A stretch of DNA of 63,428 bases, the filler included, from Octopus bimaculoides (Eukaryota): assembly GCF_001194135.2 (NCBI RefSeq). It is 6 parts of 5 records of this genome, joined end to end, with 100 filler letters (N's around TTAATTAATTAA, not from the genome) between each part and the next. Parts side by side here need not be neighbours in the genome. Positions count along the whole stretch, not along the records: positions 49,673 to 56,797 come from NC_068982.1; positions 56,898 to 61,151 come from NC_068983.1; positions 61,252 to 63,428 come from NC_068998.1; 3 more parts are not named here. One strand, given 5' to 3'. How positions within the stretch are numbered: the stretch's first letter is position 1; every line of letters begins with the position of its first letter. The position numbers and the translations under genes are program-made. Of the stretch, positions 54,655 through 63,428 are shown one piece after another. The notes beneath the pieces are model-generated. The model was not told the origin of the DNA. It made no database searches and saw only the letters and a program-made list of their open reading frames with translations.

Positions 54655-54820
54655 CAATAGTTTCTGGTGTGTGTACTCCCCGTAACATAGCAGTTCGGCA
54701 AAAGAGACGACAGAATATTAATAGGCTTACAAAGAATAACTCCTTGGGTCGATTTGCTCGATTTAAAAAGCGGTGCTCCAGCATGGCCGCAGTCACATGA
54801 CTGAAACTAGTAAAGGAACA
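54655..54820 (+). mobile_element. SINE family B, 3' half
   Basis: GTTCGGCAAAAGAGAC..GGGTCGATTTGCTCGA..GCGGTGCTCCAGCATGGCC. Other B fragments at 3705-3800(-), 8255-8350(+), 12885-13020(-) and 47250-47345(-). Confidence 0.82.
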
Positions 54821-55181
54821 AAAAAATAACAGAAAGTTACATCTGTCGGAGGAGACATGTTCTGACATGGAATAAACAAGGATTTATATGACATTTTATT
54901 GTGAAATTGCCTGGCAACGACGGGCTATTTAGCTATTTTATAATATTGCGAACTGAAGCGAGATACTGCCATCTCAAGCAGACGAGGTATCCATTGCTAA
55001 TGGAGGCTAAAATAGCCCGAAACTCAACTGGTCTCTTGATCCCGTCGCTAGAAGGTGGTAAGGATTAGTTGCATCGTTAACCAGCTAGAGGAAATGTCCT
55101 CTTGAGTTTATAAAATCTCATTAACATCCGTTCAAAGGGAACAGCCATGTTGAACTGGCGACAAACATTACTAGTTATATG

Positions 55182-55241
<60 letters not shown>

Positions 55242-55335
55242 TATTTCTAAGTCTCTCTAAAGGAGACTACGGCAGCGGTACTGGATATTAATAGCTATCG
55301 CCAAGCCAACATGGGAATCCAAAAAATAGGACGAA

Positions 55336-55613
55336 TGCTGCCGTTGATTAGCTCAAAGAGGCCAACGCCTCTAGCTAGCTATGTGACACACGAACCTGTG
55401 TCCATTATAACCTTCGAACAGGGGAGGTCAGCCGCTTCTACTTGCTGGTCTGGCATCTTGCTGGTCTGATACACCCTGAAATTAGTCTGCAGATGCCAGA
55501 CCAGCAAGGGGAAGCGGCTGACCTCCCCTGTTCGAAGGTTATAATTGACACAGGTTCGCGTGTCACATAGCTAGCTAGAGACAACGGCCTCTTGGAGCTA
55601 ATCAACGGCAGCA
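55336..55613. repeat. Long fold-back inverted repeat, 123-bp arms, 32-nt loop
   Basis: 55336-55458 vs reverse complement of 55491-55613: 9 mismatches, no indels, by manual alignment. Confidence 0.95.
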
Positions 55614-56797
55614 CAAGTTGAACTGCAGCCATACAGGAACACCGCCTTTCAGGGTTTAGTCAAATGAATTGGAAGAGTCGTTAGATCCCTGAATAAAATA
55701 TTCTTGCAGTAATTGTGGCGGCTCTTTACGTTCTGATTTCATATCCCACCGAGAGCAGCTTTGCCTATCATCTGTCCATGTTCGATAAAATGAGTAACCT
55801 TCCAGTAGTGATAGCGATATAGCATTATAATCTGCTATTCGCCATCGTTATTAAATTTCGAGCTTCATTTCTAAATAAGAATTTATTAATATCATCTTCG
55901 ATATCAATGATCCAGATAATTGAATGTAATGTTTCTTTCATATAATATGTAAGTAATGTCTTAGATTTGTAATCTCACCCACTTTTATCACAATCTTGAG
56001 ATTAAAACTTCCAATATGCTTATCGTTGCATTCATTGGAATTCTTATCTTAATTCATTCTATGTTTCTGTAATTTTAAGATAGTGTCCTAGTATTATCAG
56101 ATTATTTAATATTCAATTTTGTTACGTAACTAAATATAGAGAGAATATGCTGCTATATCTCACTGATCTTCTATTTACTTATGTCATTGATCAATCTATT
56201 TAGAGACAAAGTAAGACTGCATATGTAGTATTAGATGAATTGGCTCTCCAACATGGATGATTGGAACCGAATTTAAAGTAAATCAAACATGATATAATGG
56301 TGTTTATAGAGCTTCTTAAAATGTACGTCTTGCAAAGGAGACAAATATTGAATCAGTAATTATCTATTTGTAATCTTACAAAGCATCATTTCCTGAGAGA
56401 AACACGTAATTTTTATTTCATTCAAGAACTGTAATACTTATGAATACAATGGATTAATACCCGAACATTATGCATTATGATTTAATTACCACCGTATGAT
56501 CTAAGGTAAAATTTATGATTTCTGTAAGCCGATGTTTATCACGTTACCATCACATACACTGTGTAGCATGAGACAGTGAGGGAGTAATTATGAGGTTATT
56601 TTATATCCTAGTAATAGCAGTCAAATTCATTTCATTAATGTCTTACTAACTTCACACAAGAACATGTAAGGTAAAGTAATTTCAATATGTAATGAGTTGT
56701 GAAGATTAAAACAAAATGACTTTGATCATATTCCTTTGCCTTGGTGCTAATGAGTAATAACTCAAGTATACCATGATTTGTATGATATGTATATATA

Positions 56798-56897
56798 NNN
56801 NNNNNNNNNNNNNNNNNNNNNNNNNNNNNNNNNNNNNNNNNTTAATTAATTAANNNNNNNNNNNNNNNNNNNNNNNNNNNNNNNNNNNNNNNNNNNN
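56798..56897. other. Artificial 100-bp linker
   Basis: 44N-TTAATTAATTAA-44N. Confidence 0.95.
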
Positions 56898-56948
<51 letters not shown>

Positions 56949-57692
56949 GCATATATGTATGTACGTATACATGTATGTATATATCTATGTATATATATCC
57001 ATGCATGTATGACTACGTATGTATGTATATCCATGCTTGTATAACTGTATATATGTATGAATGCATGTATGTATATACGTATGAGTGTACGTATGAATAT
57101 ATGTATATATGTATGTATGTCTATGTGTATGTCTATATATGTACGTGTGTATGTACGAACGTATGTATGTATGCATGTATATATGTATATGGTGATTTTT
57201 TTTCCTATCGTAAACGACAGCTGTGGGTTCCGTGATTTCTTTTTGCTCAGCCTACATAGAGATAATTTATTTGTCCTGTTCTTGAGCTCCCTTCCTCCAT
57301 CAAAATCGACATTACCTGTACAAGTTCACACGTGTGCCACACGCCAGGTGTCGTAAGGATCGCAAAGTAATGTGAAATGCACTGTTATACTCCAATTGTT
57401 TCTGTCCTCGAAATTCCGGTAATGAGATATTGGAGCAATCTATTGTTACCCCAAAAATCCTGCCGGGGCGTGAGGGGACCCATGTAACATATTTACTCGA
57501 GGTAAAGCACCGTGTATGGGGGCATGGAACCAAGAACCACATCGTTGCAAAGCGAACTTCTCAAGACGACATCTAAGCCATCGCCTAATCTTTTGAAAGA
57601 TTATACACTTATTACTGGCCATGAAATATCAGAATACGGTAAAACTGATGGTGACGGTGAGTGATTGAGTGAGTGAATGTGTGTGTGTGTGT

Positions 57693-57726
<34 letters not shown>

Positions 57727-57727
57727 T

Positions 57728-58000
57728 CAGTGAGCCTGCTGGTAACATGGCAACATACCTTGAGCAAGTGTCTTCTACTCTAGCCACTGGCCGACCAAAT
57801 CCTTGTGAGTGAGTTTGGTAGACGGAAACTGAAAGAAACCTGTCATATGTGTGTGTATACGTCCCCTTAACTTAGCGGTTCGGCAAAGGAGAACCGTTAG
57901 AATAAGTACTAGGCTAATAACGAATAAGTCCAGGGATCGATTTGTTCGACTAAAGGTGGTGCTCCGGCATGGCCGCAGTCAAATGACTGAAATATGTCAA
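57728..58000 (+). mobile_element. SINE family B with short central microsatellite
   Basis: CTTGAGCAAGTGTCTTCTACT..GTAGACGGAAACTGAAAGAA..AACTTAGCGGTTCGGCAAA..GCATGGCCGCAGTCAAATGACTGAAA. Confidence 0.85.
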
Positions 58001-58029
58001 AGAATATATATAAATGTGTGCGTGTGTGA

Positions 58030-58132
58030 AAAGCAAAGTCGATCTTCGCGGAATTAGGACTCAGAATGTTAAGACGGACGAAATGCCGCTAATATTTTCG
58101 TCCGGCGTGCTTGCAATTTCGTCAGCTTGCCA
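58030..58132 (-). mobile_element. SINE family A, 5' half
   Basis: AGCAAAGTCGATC..GACTCAGAATGTTAAGACGGACGAAATGCCGCTAA. Confidence 0.75.
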
Positions 58133-58136
58133 TCAA

Positions 58137-58184
<48 letters not shown>

Positions 58185-60298
58185 CACTACCACTACTACC
58201 ACCACAACCATCACCATCTACTACTACCACTACTACTACTACAACCACCACCACTACTACTACTACTACCACATTATTGTCTGGGTCTGAAACTAGAGAC
58301 CTTAGTTTAACATGGCTGAAAGACTCTTTAAGGGAAATGAAAAGCCTTTACCGCAAAACATATCACCACCGCCATCTTTCACAACCGTCCACCTACACCC
58401 ACCCCACCCACCCCGACAGATTTTCAACTCAATACAAAATGTCGGCCATATTTTATGTGAACTCCTCAATATTTGTTTTGTTTGTTATTTCTAATACATT
58501 TATTTATTTATTTATTTATTTATTCGTTGCTTTTATTTATTTTGCGTGTTTTTTTTTGTTTGTTTTCGTTGCCCGATTCTTCGTTATGTTTTGCTTTTTG
58601 TTTTGTTTCATTTTTGTTTATACTTTAATATTATTAAAATTGTCTTTTAACTCGTCAGCTGTGTTGTGGATGTTGATGTAGTTGTTGTTGCTGCTGCTGT
58701 TCACGTTGTTATTCTTATCATCATCGTATCCTCCCCTTCTTCTTCCTCCTCCTTCTCCTCCTCCTCATCATTATTATTTTGGATTTATGAACCGTGTCGT
58801 GGTCCTTTATCAGGCCAGTGAAGGAAACTCAGACAATATCAATGTATGGTATAATACATAGAAACAAGAAAACCACCATTTGCTAAGAACCTTTAATAAG
58901 ATCAACCCTTCGAGAATGAATGACAACTTAGAACAACGAGAACTCAGGATATAGAAGATTCACGCACAAGAAACACTTCAAACATAGTCATCAGCTATCT
59001 CACGATTGTCATTTTGGTTGCGATACCTGAGCAGGCCCACTCAATACATATATATGTAAATATACATATATATGTATATATACATAAATATATATATATA
59101 CATAAATATATATATATATACATAAATATATATATATANNNNNNNNNNNNNNNNNNNNNNNNNNNNNNNNNNNNNNNNNNNNNNNNNNNNNNNNNNNNNN
59201 NNNNNNNNNNNNNNNNNNNNNNNNNNNNNNNNNNNNNNNNNNNNNNNNNNNNNNNNNNNNNNNNNNNNNNNNNNNNNNNNNNNNNNNNNNNNNNNNNNNN
59301 NNNNNNNNNNNNNNNNNNNNNNNNNNNNNNNNNNNNNNNNNNNNNNNNNNNNNNNNNNNNNNNNNNNNNNNNNNNNNNNNNNNNNNNNNNNNNNNNNNNN
59401 NNNNNNNNNNNNNNNNNNNNNNNNNNNNNNNNNNNNNNNNNNNNNNNNNNNNNNNNNNNNNNNNNNNNNNNNNNNNNNNNNNNNNNNNNNNNNNNNNNNN
59501 NNNNNNNNNNNNNNNNNNNNNNNNNNNNNNNNNNNNNNNNNNNNNNNNNNNNNNNNNNNNNNNNNNNNNNNNNNNNNNNNNNNNNNNNNNNNNNNNNNNN
59601 NNNNNNNNNNNNNNNNNNNNNNNNNNNNNNNNNNNNNNNATACACACATATATATATATATATATATACATATATACACATATATATATATATATATACA
59701 TATATACACATATATATACAGATAGACGATACAAGGACGGACAGGAAAACCAAGAATGAACATTCGTAGTTTTCTATTCATCAGTCAAGCTTCCAATTAT
59801 CACTACAGTTTCGGACTGTTACACTTGAAACTATTCAAAATTGGTAGGCCCCAAAAAACTAAGCTAAGGACATTAAATTTGGGGAAGAAAACGGACGAAT
59901 ATGTGCAACAACACTGACCAAACAAACAAACAAAAAATACAGGGAAAATGTTACACGATTACAAATACAAACAATAAGACTAACAACTGGTGTCTTTCGA
60001 CTTAAAGGACAAGTTAAGTTAAGCTAGTGTGTGAAGTGGAAGCCTTGCGGCAACCAACAGAAATTAATGTCAGAAGATTGGAAAATAAGCGGCGGTCAAG
60101 CCAAGAAAGAAAGATCATACTTGGCCGAGCACCGGTCACATGGGAGGAACAGAGAGGGATAGAGAGAAGAGGGATTGAAGAATTAGGGAATAATTTGTAG
60201 TGTAATATATGGTGTTATAGAAGCGTGTGGCTACCACAGAAAGCTCCTCTTGCAGACTCGGTTAGCAGAACACTCATATCTCCTAACTTTTTGTGGCT

Positions 60299-60354
<56 letters not shown>

Positions 60355-60358
<4 letters not shown>

Positions 60359-60490
60359 AAATTTACAGAAAAACAAAAGACGAAGACAGGTGTATGAACA
60401 ACAAGCAAGTGTATTAGTTTGACGCTCGGAAAAAATGAAAAAGTCTTTTACGTTTCGAGCCTGCGCTCTTCAACAGAGAGAGAGAATGAA
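60355..60490 (-). repeat. Dispersed repeat (family F), homologous to 4645-4830
   Basis: Same shared blocks as 4645-4830. Confidence 0.75.
60445..60480 (-). ncRNA. Hammerhead-like motif, A6U core variant
   Basis: CTCT-CTGTTGAA-GAGC gcag GCTC-GAAA-CGTA-AAAG. Confidence 0.5.
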
Positions 60491-61151
60491 AAAAAAACTT
60501 GTAGATTTCAGCGGTCCAGCATGGTGAATATATACATATACATATATGGACACAGCTATATGTGTATGTACAGCCAAAGACATTCCATACTTGACCATCC
60601 GATATATTATTCCAAATATTATTCAATGGGGTGTAGTCAGATTTGATGGCTATTTGGATTGTATTTTCCGCCGGTCCATCGTCCTTGCAAAAGGTCCAAC
60701 ACATGTCTGGTAATGCAGTTATGAAATTTGGTGATGACGTTTTGACAATTTGCCATTCATCAGATGTGATGCACAATAGCTTTATACACAGGACACAACG
60801 TGTGTGAATTTGTGAGCATGTATATGTGAGTGTGTGTGTGCGTGTGTGTATGTGTGTGCATTTATGTGTAAAGTATATTTAAATGTGCATAATATATATG
60901 TGTATGTGTATACGCATTTCGTGTCTATGCGTCAACATAAAAGCTAGAAAAACTTTACTGACCAAGAAACATATAAAGACAAGACGGAGCGAGACAATAT
61001 ATTTTCAATAGTTATGTTAAATGAAGCTGTCTGTTTTAAGCACTACTCAATGTTCTGTATCTTTGTGTATACGTGTGTTTGCGTGTGTGTCTGTGTGTTG
61101 TGTGTGTGTCTTCCTGCCTTCCTTATTTCTCCTTTTCTTTTTCTTCTATAT

Positions 61152-61251
61152 NNNNNNNNNNNNNNNNNNNNNNNNNNNNNNNNNNNNNNNNNNNNTTAAT
61201 TAATTAANNNNNNNNNNNNNNNNNNNNNNNNNNNNNNNNNNNNNNNNNNNN
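61152..61251. other. Artificial 100-bp linker
   Basis: 44N-TTAATTAATTAA-44N. Confidence 0.95.
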
Positions 61252-61252
61252 T

Positions 61253-61528
61253 ATAGTTCGGGAGTGGGACCAGTGAAACTGGAGAATATTTGGGCCTCAA
61301 CATAACCAACGAAGAGGTTCGCGTAGTTGGGGCCCATTCTCGTCCCCATGGCCACTCCCGAGACCTGCTGGTAGATATCTCCCGCGAACGAGAAGCAGTT
61401 GAGAGATAGGACAAGTTCGGCCAGACGAATGAGTGTGGAGGTGTCGGGTTGTGGGTTGGGGCGTTGGTCTAGAAAAAACTTCAGGGCACACAGCCCCTCG
61501 TCGTGGGGGATCACTGTATAGAGGCTCT
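61253..61528 (-). pseudogene. Penelope-like element reverse transcriptase fragment
   Basis: SLYTVIPHDEGLCALKFFLDQRPNPQPDTSTLIRLAELVLSLNCFSFAGDIYQQVSGVAMGTRMGPNYANLFVGYVEAQIF matches the PLE RT core. Stop-free over about 90 codons; ends at a segment edge. Confidence 0.92.
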
Positions 61529-61678
61529 GACACACACACACATAAATATATTCCTTTGTGTAGAGTGTAGAAATATAAAATGTTTCCAATTAAAACTAGT
61601 TTATCTTTTAATCATATGACAATGCTCACTAGAGTAAATTTAGATAAGTTCATCAGTGGGGGTGCCGACTGGCTGCTG

Positions 61679-61725
<47 letters not shown>

Positions 61726-62084
61726 CGCGCATGTGTGTGTGTGTATGTATGGACAATATCATATATACATAACATTGTCCAAAGAGAATGAATCTAGTTT
61801 CGATAATTAATCATATTTAATAAATAAAATTAAAATTAAAATTAAAATCAGGCGAATATCAATGAAACAATGGACGTTTCCAGCAAGTTTTAAAGAAGGA
61901 AAATATAAAAGAACAAATGTCTTGTTTGTAAGTTTTTATTATAAAAATGAAACATGCGCGGTTTCTGGTGATCTGGTGACCGTGACAAGCTATTTCACCT
62001 TTAAGTTTATTAATTCTACCTTTAATATTTAGTTTAGTACAAAGAACTTTACGGCAACAGAAAATCATAATCTATAATTAAGCT

Positions 62085-62320
62085 GGTTGAACTGTTGGAG
62101 TACGAGACTTGTATATTCGAGTAATAAAGTAGGGTGGGATTTGAGTTTTATAGAAAGCTAACAAGGAAATCTCCGTGGGGTTGCTTAACCTGCTAAAAAA
62201 CATCAGCCAAATTTCCTTCAAACCATATCTTACGGTCAAGGAAGTATACATTGCACATTACAATCCTAGATTATACAGAAAGACAGGATGGTCACGGTTA
62301 GAATTTGGATTAACCGTTAT
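62085..62320 (+). repeat. Degraded SINE-like repeat (family G); related pieces at 2125-2250, 14450-14530(-) and 46880-46930
   Basis: GTGGGGTTGCTTAACCTGCTA..CAGCCAAAT and GGATGGTCACGG blocks; (CAA)n tail at ~2235. Confidence 0.45.
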
Positions 62321-62357
62321 TGATAACAACAGCAGAAAGTTACACTAATACTTCATT

Positions 62358-62522
62358 AGTATTTCGTCTGTCTTTACGTTCTGAGTTCAAATTCTGCCAC
62401 AGTCGACTTTAACTTTCATCTTTTCGAGGTCGATAAAATAAGTACCAGTTGAGCACGGGGGGTGGGGGGTCGGTGTAATTTCTGTCCCGAAATTTCTGTC
62501 CTGGAGCCAAAATTTGAAACCA
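62358..62522 (+). mobile_element. SINE family A, headless
   Basis: TACGTTCTGAGTTCAAATTC..GTCGATAAAATAAGTACCAG..CCAAAATTTGAAACC. Confidence 0.85.
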
Positions 62523-63105
62523 ATATTTCATTAACATTTATACTTAAATAAAATAACTCCATTTCTAAACAAGTTTTCTTATCAAAACTAATCTCTGTAT
62601 TAAAATCTTACGACTAGATTATCAACTTGATAATTTCAAGTGAACCTTTAGTGGATTGTTAGTGTAATCTAGATATGAAGCAAGCGTTTGTTTGATATAT
62701 ATTTGGTGGAATTACTACGACATATACCAAATATCTCATTTTATTTTTTGGTAACAGACAAATCGAAATTTTAGGAAACATTGTTGATGTTTCATTTTAG
62801 ACAGCGGCCGATTTGATGACGATTATATTCAGTTGTTGTTTCAATCCGACTCCATACTGAGAACGTAAAAGGAAGAAATCATGTGATAACAACGTTTTCA
62901 TCGTAACATTTCAGCAACTTGAATCTCGTATATTTTGACAAACAGCGTCAAATGATTTTTCTATTTCTATCCAAACGTTCTTATTGTTAATCGACTGAGT
63001 TAGTCACCGCAGTCAGGAACAGCTCAGAAGTAAACATTTTTGCCCAAGGAAAAGAACGGAGGTTTCTGATTGAATTGAACTAACGTATAGGTGTGTAGTA
63101 ACGCC

Positions 63106-63170
63106 TGCGCATGCGTAGTCTTACGCATGCGTAGAATTAAACAAGCAAGCGTTTCCCGCTCAATTCATTC
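63106..63170 (+). promoter_or_regulatory. Candidate promoter: two NRF-1-like palindromes and an Inr-like TCATTC
   Basis: TGCGCATGCGTA (63106-63117), TACGCATGCGTA (63122-63133), TCATTC (63165-63170). Confidence 0.35.
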
Positions 63171-63428
63171 TCTTTCTCGCTGGCCAGCGATTGAGTATGG
63201 ACGTGTGTTTAAAGCTGTCTCTACATCTTTCGGTCTTACACTCGACAGCTCGTTATTCTCACCTCTAAAGATGTATAACTAAAGATATGTATGTTTTACC
63301 ACCTAAATAAATGTTGTTTAAGTTGTTTAGTCTGGAGTTCAGCGTTCCGTCTATTTCTTTAATTTTATAGTAGAAAGTCAGGTATACAATCTAAAGATGT
63401 ATAACCCACTTTCTACTAAAGGTGTATC

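Noticed and set aside
61681-61746. (TG)n(CG)7 Z-DNA-prone tract
   Set aside because: Real sequence property, but common in this microsatellite-rich genome and without functional context.

Overview
AT-rich, microsatellite-dense animal genomic DNA with many N gaps. The tRNA-derived SINE families, the simple-repeat load and the LINE mix suggest a coleoid cephalopod, probably Octopus (inference from pattern recognition, not a database search). Five artificial 100-bp linkers (44N-TTAATTAATTAA-44N) split the window into six segments whose adjacency is unproven. I find no intact host gene, and almost all listed ORFs are microsatellite or gap artefacts. Recognisable coding relics: a Tigger/pogo transposon with both TIRs (15.8-18.7 kb), a mariner fragment (31.2-31.8 kb), RTE, CR1/L2-like and R4/Dong-type LINE fragments, and a Penelope-like RT fragment (61.3-61.5 kb). 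At least three SINE families occur in more than 25 copies or fragments. The most interesting signal is RNA-structural. Several independent minimal type-I hammerhead-ribozyme folds with palindromic stem III are present, including a pair inside a head-to-head inverted tRNA-headed element (13.05-13.6 kb), a near-canonical one at 11976-12037, and a repeat family carrying an A6U core variant (4.7 and 60.4 kb). There is also a 123-bp-arm fold-back at 55.3-55.6 kb.
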